Part shown: piece by piece, positions 41,501-53,220 of the stretch | Position numbering within the stretch: position 1 is the stretch's first letter | Layout of the letters: each line of letters starts with the position of its first letter | Source of the DNA: Octopus bimaculoides | Lineage: Eukaryota | DNA: 64,000 nt | NCBI RefSeq assembly: GCF_001194135.2 | Contig: NC_068985.1 | Coordinates: 103,366,070-103,430,069, forward strand | Direction: 5' to 3' | Program-made: the position numbers and the translations under genes | Notes under the pieces: model-generated | What the model was told of the DNA's origin: nothing | Databases searched by the model: none | The model's input: the letters and a program-made list of their open reading frames with translations, nothing else

Positions 41501-44334
41501 CAGAGATTCCTGCAACATGCTGTAAACTATTTCAGTATATTTCATAAGATTTCTAATAGCACAATAGTTATATCCTGCTTGTCTTTCTGAGCGAGTGCAT
41601 GTATGTGTTTGATATATATATGTGTGTGTGTGTATATATATATATATATAGAGATAGAGAGATTATGACTTTTCCAATTTTCTAGTCACTGAAACAATAT
41701 ATTACAACCTATTTACTGAGCTAGTATGAAAGTGGTTGAGTTTTCTAGTTACATGTATAACCTTAATGTGATTCTCAGAGATAATCAATGTAACAGTATG
41801 TGACAAAGTTTCACCTTGTGATATACAGATACAGTACATCTTAGAGGCTTCCATGTGTGTGTATGTGTATTCATATATAGCTTACGCATACACATGCAAA
41901 CTTGCACATATTTACATATATATATATACATGTGCATGGCTCTGTGAATTGTAAATAGAGTAAAAATGTGTTGAGTCTGATTCACATTCTGTCACTGCCA
42001 TTGCAGTGCCTGCAGTGGACAATACCAATGGTTAATACTGTGAAATCTCAAATGTTTCAGTTAATCTGTCCCAGAAGAGGTATCATGTATTTCAGATATA
42101 ATAAATGGTAGCACTTTTTAAATTAACAACAGCTTTTATTAATCTGCAGTGTTGTATTTTACTCTGAGCATAGGCCTAGATAAGCCAAAGAACAACATTT
42201 GCACTCAGAATGTGTTTGATAATTGATGTGAAAATTATTATTACTTTAAAAACATAGTGTACTGGTTAAAATAAACTTCTATGTAATTATATATATTATA
42301 CATACATGTATGTATGTATAATACTTATATATGTGTGTGTGTGTGTATGTATGATATTTATTTGTATGTATAATATAATAAAGTTTTTCTATTGTGATAA
42401 CATAATAAATACCTACCAAGCTACCAAATTTTTTCTATAGTTTGTAACATGAAAGGAAATTGCAAGCTAGGAGAGAAGAGAATTAGAGTTATTAATACAC
42501 CTTCAAATGATTGAGTGAAATTTCTTTCTGTTGTTTTTTTTTTCTCTTTTTTTTTTCCAAATAAAATGGGAAGAACATCTCCACATATAACTTGTAAGAG
42601 TTCTCCACTTATTTTACCATTCCACCACCATCACTGTAAATAAGTAATTAAAATGTTCCCTAGAAACATTAGTGATAAGCTGAGCTTCCATTCGGTTGCT
42701 CTTTTCACATGATTTGTGTTTGGTGGTTGCTTTATGAAATGATCTTCTCTTTCTTTGGTTTACAAAAGAAAATAGTTCCATTACTCACTTCTAGCTCCAT
42801 GTTAATCTCTAACCAAGTGTTTTACAGCTATATTGTTTTAGAATGACATTACAACGGTGATTATTCTGCTTTTTGGACCATTTCCCTGCAGCAAAGCTCT
42901 GCAGTGTGCTGTTGCTATTTCACATCAAATAAATCTTTTTCAGGTTTAAAATTATTACAAAAGAGCTGAATAAGCAAATATATTCTGAATCCGAATGTAA
43001 GCTTGTCGATGTTCATTTTGTTTATAATAAACTTAGTTCCTCAAGTAAAGCTATTTTTTTTCCCTCTTGCAGTCTTAGTTATAAACCAACTATTGTATTT
43101 TTTCTTAAATTTAAAATTGTATCTTAGATTAAAGATATTTTTGGAATGTATAATTGTATGTTCTTCAATAATAGCAAAGAACATTTACACTCATAGGCTT
43201 ATAGACTCACCATGTCATGAATTTTGATATAATTTTTCTCATAGAAAGTTGAAGTCCAGCTTATGCTGTACTGTTTAGACTCAAATTCTGATTAAGGAAG
43301 GAACTATTGTTAAGGTTTCTCAGCTGCTTTGGTTTCAATATTTTTAACCAGCTTACAGAACCGTTTTTATCTAATTGGATTTATAAAAATACATAGAATT
43401 AGAGTATTGCACGTATACGATTTCAAATATCAAAAATTATGCTTTAGATATTAGTGATTAAAAATAAAATATATTCAAATTTCAAGAAGAAAATTTTCCA
43501 AATAAATTTTTATATAACTTTTTAACATCGCAAGTCTTACATCGGACTGAAATAAAAAGAAATTTCACTTTCACTGAAATTGGTTTATTTGGCCAGTACA
43601 CAACGGAGAGCAGTTTGGTCAGTTCAACTATACTCATGGAAACAGTTTTATCTTTTAATTTTTATTTAATATTTCTGTTTTAATATTTTACTACATAGTA
43701 ATTTGTTTTATTCTTTTGTTACATTGTTCTAAATGTACAACCTAATTCAGAAGGAAAAAGAACCATTTATCCCTATCCCCCCATCTCTCTCTTTCTCTTC
43801 TATGTCACCCTCTTGTCTCTTGCTTTCCAAATTAATATGTTTATATTTATATTTAACAATATTGTTTAAGTGTATTTTAGATATTTCACTCAAAATTTCA
43901 AATACACTATTTTACATATCAACTCATTCAACTGATGGAAATAAGCTATTTTTATAGCAACTATAAGTTAAAGTATCCTTTCTTATTGAATGTACAGATC
44001 TTTGTATGCATAATATAGCTTCAAAAGGTAGTCAAAAGGTAACTGACAAAACTGAATGCAATTTATTCCAGTTAAGTTGTTTAACACTTACAAGTGATAG
44101 GGTAACTATCTCTTGTATATTTTCCCACCAAAACGTTTGAACTCACCAATACATGTTCAGATAGTTATTACTTATATAGTGAATCCATTGCCTGATAGAT
44201 TATAAGTTAAATGTCTTTACCAAATGATATTCCATAGCTTCAGTAACAATTTAGAAACTAAATTCATTGGCTAATAAACTGTATTGCTGTAGACATATTT
44301 TAAGAAACCAAGGAAAAGAATTACGTGAACAAAA

Positions 44335-44620
44335 CATTCGAGCGAGGTCGTTGCCAGTGCCACTGGACTGACTCTTGTGCAGGTGGCACGTAAAAAGCAC
44401 CATTTGAGCGTGGCCATTGCCAGTACCACTGGACTGGCCCTCGTGCTGGTGGCACGTAAAAGCACCCACTACACTCTCAGAGTGGTTGGCATTAGGAAGG
44501 GCATCCAGCTGTAGAAACTCTGCCAAATCAGATTGGAGTCTGGTGCAGCCATCTGGTTTGCCAGTCCTCAGTCAAATCGTCCAACCCATGCATGGAAAGC
44601 AGACATTAAACAATGATGAT
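44335..44620 (-). mobile_element. Interspersed repeat family D copy (minus orientation)
   Basis: Reverse complement of the 55521 copy; both give the pseudo-ORF MAEFLQLDALPNANHSESV in the ORF track; internal ~60-nt subrepeats ACGTGCCAC...CCAGTCCAG. Confidence 0.85.
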
Positions 44621-44829
44621 GAATGTTCAATTTTCATTTTTGACAGTTTTCTTCAAAATATAATAGATTCACTTCAACATTGAATCACATGTTTTACACC
44701 TATTTAAGTTAGTCACATATCTTGGGTTTAACCTTTATCATGAATCATAATACGTATATTCACTCCTGAACAAGACTCTTTATTCTACATTATGTCTGGT
44801 TTATAGATTAAGTACCAGTATCAAATTAC

Positions 44830-45620
44830 AAGTTTGTCATGCTGTAAAATAGTTTTAACAATTAAAAGCATTTCAAACAATTGAAATTTGCTCAACCTGT
44901 GCTGTATTCATTTATAAATATAAAATTGCAGGATGATGAAGAAAAATAGTAAAAGATAAACCATTAATTGCAGAGGATATTTTTGCATAAGTTTCTTCAT
45001 TACTAAAAGATAATAAATTTTAAAAGTTCTAAGTTACTTTCTTTGAGCATTCATATATGTTCAATGCGCTAATTTCTCAGCTATAAACCTTTAAATCAGC
45101 TTAGAGTTAGACAAAGTATAATTGACAAGTTCTCAAATCCTTCATATAACTTTGGTCGCAATTGATGTTCAGTATATTTAGACACTAAAATTTTCTTCAT
45201 ATCCACTGGGCACACTAGCCAATAAAAAGGTGACTTGAAATCAAATCAGTAAGCAAAAATTAATTAATGTAGGGAAAGTTAAATTCAAATTACGACAAAC
45301 GTAAACAAACAAAGTTTGCTTTTAGAAGCGTTGAAATGTCTTAGAAAGTTAAAGAAGTGATTTTTAAATTCTCACTTGCAGGATAATGCTAATAATATAG
45401 CTTGAACAGGATAAGCTACCCCTATTTTGCAGAAAAAAGTGTAGGTGGTTAACTGTAGGGAAATTTGTATTTTAAAGTATTCAATACTTTAAGTTTGTCA
45501 TGCTGTAAAATAGTTTTAACAATTAAAAGCATTTCAAACAATTGAAATTTGCTCAACCTGTGCTGTATTCATTTATAAATATAAAATTGCAGGATGATGA
45601 AGAAAAATAGTAAAAGATAA
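44830..45620 (+). repeat. Exact 130-bp direct repeat (44830-44959 and 45491-45620) around a 531-bp spacer
   Basis: Base-by-base comparison: AAGTTTGTCATGCTG...AGTAAAAGATAA is identical in both copies. Confidence 0.95.
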
Positions 45621-46148
45621 TAAATGCAAGTAATTTTTTAATCTAACTCAACTAAGCAACACATTTTTTATTCTTTCAAAATCTGTTTCTGTACAACACT
45701 TAATTATAAAATTTGTCCGAATAATGAAACTTAATGCAAAGTATACTTAGATAAACAGTTTCTAATTCTGTATAGGATGGAGTATTTTGGTTTGATAGCA
45801 TACAAATGATATATTTTTTATTCCCACTTGTAAGGTTTATACTCCTCCCTTATTTATCCGAAGTATTATGTCACTGAAAAAAATCCTTTGTGCATAAAAT
45901 CAGGAAAGTCAGCATATTAAAAAACTGTGCATTCTTTCTTGTTCTTCTTTTTTCCTTCTGAGTTTGGTTTCATTTTAATTAATAACTAAGTACTTGTTAG
46001 TCTGAGTTGTACTAATAATTTTCATTAAGTTTATAAGTTTCTTGTGCAAAAAAAAATACATGTTAGTTCCTTATGCTAACAACTAAGTCATTGTAAAATA
46101 ACTGTGTCTGTTAGTCAAATGTACACTGGTGACTGCTATCATTTTCAG

Positions 46149-46193
46149 GCCCTGACAATGACAATGATGGTACCGATGATTCTGATAATAGCC
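46149..46193 (+). CDS. Candidate 45-nt microexon (phase 1-1): acidic juxtamembrane stalk GPDNDNDGTDDSDNS
   Basis: Acceptor gactgctatcattttcAG|GC; donor AGCC|GTAAGC; stop-free, frame-preserving and GC-richer than its flanks; fits between the FN3 and TM exons. Confidence 0.72.
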
Positions 46194-49070
46194 GTAAGCT
46201 GACTTCTTAAATAATCTTGTTATCATTTAAGTTTTCTTTTTCTTTCAAATATGTCCTTTTGTATTTGTGTTTATTAATTGTTAATTATTTCTTAATTTGC
46301 TTGGCAATTCATTCTCCTTTTTTCCTCCCTCATTTATTTATTTTATAAACCTTAAGCTCTCAATGCATAAATGGCAGGACCTTATGGTTTGGCTAAAACT
46401 GTTAGATATTTTGCTTAATTAATTTCAAAATAAACACTCTTTGTAACCAATCTTCTTGATTTCAATTTTGAGTTTTGACATACATTTAAGAAATGAAGGA
46501 TCCTGAAGCATCTATGTTTATTTTTATTTATTTTTAAATTTGGTTAAATTATCTTAGAAATATTATATTCATTTTAACCAGTAGAGTTGCTAGTAGTGTG
46601 TATTTGTAACTTCAATCCTGGCTTACAAAAGTGTCCTGTAAGTAAAAGCCAGGTACTTAAAAATAATTAGAGAATGGAGCAATTAAATAAAGTGGAAATG
46701 AAAACAAAAAATATTAATTCTTTCCATGCTGCTGCTATCTCTTCTTAGGGCCAAAGAATTATTGTAAAATTGCCAGAATAGATACTTTTCAATATCAGGT
46801 TCAGTATTTCATTTGATGAGACTTCTCTTTATATATATCCATATATAAATGTGTGTGTGTGTGGCGAGAAGCTCGCTTCCTAACCTTATCGTCCTTGGTT
46901 GAGTTTCATTATGTGGCACCTTGGGCACATAAGACTTTTCTTAAATTTGGGCAGTTATTCAAGTAGAAAGTTTTGGACTTGGCATTTAAAGCTTTAGTTT
47001 ATTAGAGATCTTTTACTAATTTTTGTTAGGGATTTCTTACTAACTTTTGAAGAATCCTAAAGGCAGTTCTTATTCAATCAAGAACCACACATGACTTTTA
47101 AAAAGTTGCATTCAAACTACTTTGAATTAATGTAATACTTTTAAAAGCTAAACTCATTTGTTCTATAAGCTATCAACTCTTGTTTTGTTACCCATTTAGT
47201 TTAGTTTATGCTGCCGCAGTTTTTCATTATCATCATTCAATACACATGTATGTGTATACAGATGCACATATTTCCATACGAAGTATCATAATACAGTTTT
47301 CAGTTATACTAACTATAAAAAATTACATATTCTGCAAGAACTTCATTTCGAAGGGTGTTACAAATTTTTGTCAGCTTTTCAAAAAATGTTTTTTTTAGAG
47401 AAGAATGCAGAAGTTATGATTTCTTTACTTCTGCTGTAAGTTTACTTTGCTCAGCATGTATAATAATATTAATTGTTTATGAAATGTTTGGATGTAATAA
47501 ACAAATAATCTAAGTCAACTTCTTTAAGTTTAACAAAATGCTAAGATGATGTTTAACCTAAGGTCAATTGAACAGACATTCCAACCATGACCATCGTTTT
47601 TAGGAGTGTGTAGGACTACATTATCTCATGCTTTTTTTTCTTTATTTGGGACAGTAGGGTGAAATATGTGGGAGATTTGACTGTTAATTATAGCAGTTCA
47701 AGCAGCCATGTAATGGTTCCTTTGGTGACTTAAAATGCATGGTAAGGTAAAAAATAGACATTTTGCTACTTTTAACCATCAGTAATACAGTTGGTTTGGA
47801 CAAGGTGGAAGAACAACAATGTCAATATGAAGAATTTACATGAGTTTAACAAGAAATGGATTAATACATGTGCCTAATTATCCAAAATGGAGTGACACAA
47901 TGAAATTGCCACTACAATAATTGAAGAACAGAAATATTAGATTAAATTATTGATGTTGGAATTCAAAAAATTGCTCAGTTTGTAGTAAAATTGAAAGACA
48001 TATCTAATACCAAGATATATTAAAGAATGTAGAAACTTTTCTGATTTAATAATGTCATTGATGCATTGAAATATAGGAAGCTCTTGACTGATCAGCTTCT
48101 TAACATCAATATGCAAGAATGCCACCTTCACTACTGAAAGATGCACAATTTCTGGAGGAGAAGTAAAAAGATTCTGAGATGAAAGACACAGATATAAAGA
48201 TCATTTACTAATCAGAGAAGTCCTAGTGGGAGATGCAAAGTTATTTACTTGGACAATACAGATGCTATTTATCAATAAAGAAATCATCAAACGCTACAAG
48301 TCTATCTCAGTGTCCACTTTCATTGCTGTTTAACTATAGATCAGAGTTTAAGACCTCATTATTGAATGTGTCCTCTCCCCTCCTATTTATTTTATTAAGA
48401 AAGTGAAGTGTGATTCTAGGTCAGTGTGACCACTATTTCTTGCAAGTTAAGAAACAATGTATTTGCTTACCAGTATTGTAATGAAATTAATTTACTTTCT
48501 TACCCACTATGCTCTTAATTTCATTATTGGATTTTCTAGCAGTTAGGGTACAGTATGGTATACTCTTATAAACCCCATGAAATACTTTTAACTATATATT
48601 AGGTCATTTTTTGATGAATGTCCAAATTTAATCAGGTAGAATTTTTAATGCAAGACAATGAAATCATAAAAATAGATAAAACAGGGTATCTAATCTGGCA
48701 TTCTATTTGCAATACATACATCACATTTTGTTTACTCTATACTACACACAAGATTTGACACCTACATAACAGTCATCTGACTATTATTAAGAAAACAAGA
48801 GTTCCTACCATTTGTGCAAACATTCCTTTGTGCTTGTTGACTGTGCAGAAATTGTAATTACAGTTTTGCCTTCTCATATTTTCGAATGTTTGATTATGCA
48901 GTGTTTTGCAGGAGCCTTCCTCTTCCTTCTTTGATGTTTTTTGTTTCCTTTGCAGATAATTGATTTGGCTTCTGGTGTTAACACATCTTTTCTTTGCCCA
49001 AGTTCTGCTTATTCTATTTTAAATTCAGCTTATCTTTTAATGTAATGTTTTGTTTCAGTCTTCATAATTA

Positions 49071-49117
<47 letters not shown>

Positions 49118-49802
49118 GTTATTGTTGTTGTTGTTGTTTTTGTTGTTGTTGTTGTTGTTGCTGCTGCTGTCCTTCATTTAAGCTGGTGATTTTCAATTTT
49201 GTGTTAAATTTTCATTATATTCTGTTCTAACTGTTGTACTTTTTGTTTGTGTTATTATTATTGTTGTTGCGGTGTTTACTGTAATTCTGTGACACTTTCA
49301 TCATTTAATTGAAAATATAACGTACCCCATTTTGGGACTGTTTCACCTACACTGTTAATGGCCACAGAAAAGGCATGAATGTCTCACCATCTACATAAAT
49401 CATTACTGTAACTGTCAATGTTTTTGTTGGTATTTTGTGTGTCAGATGTTCCTCTGTTTATAATTATAATTAGTATCGTCTTTGTTGTTGTTTTGATGTT
49501 TTTTTCCATTTTTATTATTTAAAAAATCATTACTAGTATTAGAAAGAAATCACCTATCATACTTGTATTTATGCATTTCATCCTTGTATTGTTCTCAACA
49601 TCCTGGTCTCTTGTGACCATTAAAAGAAACTATTATTATCATCATTATTTTGTCATTCCAAAGCTATTACATGCTAAGTTAATTAGAATTTGGATGTTAT
49701 CTTGAGGTTTAATCACAAATCCCAGATTTCAAGGATCTTTCTTAGGATTTTTGCAGAGAACAGGATTGCACTTTTCTCCTTTTCTTTATTATTATTACTT
49801 TA

Positions 49803-49844
<42 letters not shown>

Positions 49845-50194
49845 CTTGACTCAAGTTTGTTCTTATTCCTGGTAGAATTTATGTAGGTACCTTTAATCTT
49901 AGATATTCACAAGCTTTCTATAATTTTTCAAGTGCTCATAGCCCTTCAGATAATCTTCCTGTCCCTTTGAGGCAAACATTTTGTAGAAGCTCTGCAAAAC
50001 ATTCTATACCAATCTCCTTTCTGTGCTATGTAAATATTTTATCTAATTTCTCTTCCTTCCCTCCCTTTTTATTTTTTCCTATTATGTAAGACCCCCACAT
50101 AAATTGTAACTTGTCCGTCTATTGTCCCTCTCATCAGGTGCCTCTGTGGCAAATATATAAAGTCATCATCATCACCATCATTACTGTTATTATT

Positions 50195-50377
50195 AAGGTT
50201 GTGAGCTGGCAGAATTGTTAGCAATTCAGGTGAGTTCAAATTCCGCCAAGGTCAACTTAGCCTTTCATCCTTTGGAGTCAATGTAATAAGTTACACTCTG
50301 GGGTTGATGTACTCAACTTATCCCCTCCCCCAAAATTTCAGGCCTTGTGCCTATAGTAGAAAGGATTATAATTATTA

Positions 50378-50405
<28 letters not shown>
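50195..50405 (+). mobile_element. SINE family A copy (internal deletion) with (ATT)n tail
   Basis: AAGG..GAGCTGGCAGAATTGTTAGC...GAGTTCAAATTCCGCCAAGGTCAAC...CCCCCAAAATTTCAGGCCTTGTGCCTATAGTAGAAAGG then (ATT)n. Confidence 0.85.
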
Positions 50406-50408
<3 letters not shown>

Positions 50409-51332
50409 GCTATTTTTTGTGTTCTTGAAGATCAGTGAATTTTCTGCTGGTGACTTTGTAACCATTTCAAATTAGAACTGTTATTGTCATAATTGTTTCA
50501 TGTTTCCCAATATTGTTTCATTTCTGAAATCCTGATTGCAAATGACAGCTGGACATTTGCTAATTAATAACTTTTTTACTATTATTTCCTTTTGTGTATT
50601 TGTCTCAGTGTCTGTGTGATTATGATGGGTTATTTGATTTATCATATGTTATTATTTATAAGTAACTATCAAAATTTTCTTTGTTCCAGCACACTAGAGA
50701 AGGTTGTCTTTATCATACAAGATAGTAGAGTCTGTTTATCTGTGTATATTTATCTGTGTGCATGCATGCATGCATACCAGAGAAGAGACTGGAAATATGG
50801 TCAAAGCTATTTATTTCTAGTTCATGATTATATTATTATGAATAGAGTAATTTGCGTATGACTTTGTGTTTTAATGTTTTTTATCTGCACTAGATAGTTT
50901 AGATAGAAAATTGAAATATGTGTCTCTTCTTGTTGAATGTGTTCAGTTATTAATTTCAAGAGAGAAGGTAGTGTACAGAAGAGGTGGATTTGTGCAGGAA
51001 GCCTTCACCCTTTTCTCTATCCAAGAGTTTTTAACCCATTATATTACATGCTATTATCTATAGTTGTATCCACTTTGAGACTCACACTTAAAATGATTTA
51101 GTGTTCATATTCTTTGTTTGTATCATTCTAAATTCACTGAGACTGGTTTAAAGTTGTTTAAAGATTAGTTCAAATAGGTTTTTAAATTTTATAGATTAGA
51201 GTCAAAGGCTTGTAATTACAAAATTCTCATTTTGGATAAAAGAAATAAAAGCCAGAAAGTAAAGAAAGTCATAATTTCTTTTAACAAAATAATTCATTTT
51301 CTGTCTTCCATATATTTTTATTTTTATTCTAG

Positions 51333-51464
51333 TTTCAGCATTACCAGTGCCAGCCATTGGTGGCATTGTTGGTGGCTTGGCTTTCCTACTTATTGCTGTC
51401 ATTCTCGCCATTATAGCTGTCATCATAAGCAAGAGAAAACAGAAAAAAAAAGCCAAAAAATATG
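51333..51464 (+). CDS. Transmembrane exon (132 nt, phase 1-1): SALPVPAIGGIVGGLAFLLIAVILAIIAVIISKRKQKKKAKKYG
   Basis: Acceptor ttttattctAG (alternative in-frame cAG at 51337-38); donor TATG|GTAAGA; ~24 hydrophobic residues followed by a polybasic stop-transfer segment. Confidence 0.92.
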
Positions 51465-51873
51465 GTAAGATATTTGCCCAGTATTGTGTGCTGCAAGAAA
51501 TCTTACAAGTTTAAAATAAATATTATGAGAACTATTTGTAAGAAAAAAACAATTTAAAATTCAAGTTGTCTTACAAACTCTGCATTATATGTAAATATAT
51601 GTGCACATGAGGTCTGTCTGTGTGTATGTGTATGTTCATTCATAGATGTGCTCAAACATTGATATTTCATTTTCTGATTATGATAATCCATTACAAATTG
51701 TGTTTACAAATAACTATATGTGCACACGATAAATGCCCTTAGGATTTAAATTTATACCTGTCATACAGGTATAAATAATAGTTTGTACACTTATTTACAT
51801 CAGATTCTACATATTTTCATTACAAAAATAGCAATTAAACTTACAAGCAAACATACTATACACTCTTGCAAAG

Positions 51874-51902
<29 letters not shown>

Positions 51903-51904
<2 letters not shown>

Positions 51905-52330
51905 GGAGAAGAAAATGGATATAATAGCAATGGGAAACTCATGGTTTTTGCTGGTATGTCTTTAATTAAATAGATAACGAAGGAGGAAGAAGCAGAGATG
52001 AGGGTAGCATTAACGATCATTTCAATTTACTGGTTTAAGTAAATCTCTTCAGAATGCGAATATAGATAGATGCAGCGGTTGGGATGCGAAAATAATTGAT
52101 ACATATGTGATGGTAATGTAAACAAATTGGTAATTCTTGCATTAAATTTTTGTTTTTGCGCTGGTAAATTCACTGGGTAGAGGTTTGTTTGTGGTAAATT
52201 GGTCAGTTTTGTTGGGTAATTAGGGCAGGGTGAGTAATATTTAGGTGCGGGTTTCCTAATTTAATTAAGCACATTTTTTCGCACATGTGTTTCTTCTATA
52301 TAACCTAAACTCCAGTTTACCAACCAAACC
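51903..52330 (-). mobile_element. CpG-containing insertion carrying the hammerhead ribozyme; probable PLE terminal repeat or retrozyme-like non-autonomous element
   Basis: Locally CpG-rich against a CpG-poor intron; abuts a (TA)n tract at ~51876-51903; contains the 52007-52057 ribozyme; boundaries approximate. Confidence 0.5.
52007..52057 (-). ncRNA. Minimal type I hammerhead ribozyme (two CpG-type transitions from consensus)
   Basis: Minus strand reads GCATT-CTGAAGA-GATTTACT-TAAACC-AGTAAATT-GAAA-T-GATC-G-TT-AATGC: stem I 5 bp, CUGANGA core, stem II 8 bp, GAAA, short stem III with a palindromic GATC loop, GUU cleavage triplet. Confidence 0.8.
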
Positions 52331-52494
52331 ACTAGTGTACAACCTTACAAAAGGCTGTTCCTATCCAGCTAATAGTCTAGGAGCAACTCTGGATTTAATT
52401 ATCCCATAGAGGTATTAAACCCCTCTAACTGATACCTGCACAACATATATATATATATATCTATATGATTGAAATTTACAGAAAGACAAAAGAC

Positions 52495-52935
52495 AAAGAC
52501 AGGTGTATAAATAACAAACAGGTGTATTAGTTTGACACTCAGGAAGGTGAGAAAGACTTCTACATTTCAAGCCTACGATTTTCAACAGAATGGAACACAA
52601 GGAAATAAACAGAGAGAATTTTAAAAAACTTGTAGATTTAGTGGAAATGACATGAAATCAGAGTGTCATTGCCAAGTCTAATGTCTCAGAAGTGCTCCGT
52701 GAACCAGTCAGTTAAGCAGCGTCCCATTTGACTGATGTACAGAGAAGGGCAGAAAGAGCAGGAGATGCAGTAAATGACATTGCTAGAAGTGCAGGTAAAG
52801 GAGTCTGTGATATGATAGGGACGATGATGGGTGCCTGTGAGGATGATGGCGTTGGAGGGGTAGGGGCATGGGCAGGAGCAGGGGAACAAGCCAGGTTTGA
52901 GGTGGGGTTAAGGAAGAAACTGTGGACCAGTTGAG
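52495..52935 (-). mobile_element. Decayed Penelope-like element, second lineage: GIY-YIG fragment plus downstream terminal-repeat-like sequence
   Basis: ORF 52686..52889 reads FTCTSSNVIYCISCSFCPSLYISQMGRCLTDWFTEHF, then *DIRLGNDTLISCHF. This matches the PLE pattern FTC.S.NVIYCI.C..C..YIGETGR.L..RF.EH..HF. Confidence 0.8.
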
Positions 52936-53002
52936 AAGGGAAATAAGAAATCAGTTTAGTGACTTAAATCAAACTTCACCATTATTATTTTTAAAATAAT
53001 TT

Positions 53003-53220
53003 AAGGCGGTAAACTGGCAGAACTGTTAGTATGCCAGACAAAACATTTAATGGCATTTCAGCCTTCTTTATGCTCTAAGTTCAAATTCTGCCAAGGTCAG
53101 CTTTGCCTTTCATCTTTACCTGGTTGATAAAATAAGTACCAATCAAGTACTGGGATTTATGTAATTGATGTAAAACCCTTAGCCTTGTGCCAACATTCTC
53201 TAAGGAGTTTGAAACAGTTA
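53003..53220 (+). mobile_element. SINE family A copy
   Basis: AAGGCGGTAAACTGGCAGAACTGTTAG...AAGTTCAAATTCTGCCAAGGTCAGCTTTGCCTTTCATC...AAATAAGTACC. Confidence 0.8.

Noticed and set aside
46617-46655. Small hairpin CCTGGCTT...AAGCCAGG downstream of the microexon
   Set aside because: An 8-bp stem is within chance expectation
50227-50235. CAG|GTGAGT inside a SINE as a recursive site
   Set aside because: No pyrimidine tract; produced by an internal deletion in the SINE
52555-52592. Minus-strand CTGTTGA..CGTAGG..GAAA, a possible second hammerhead in the PLE terminal segment
   Set aside because: Core is non-canonical, stem II is broken and no convincing stem I or III exists
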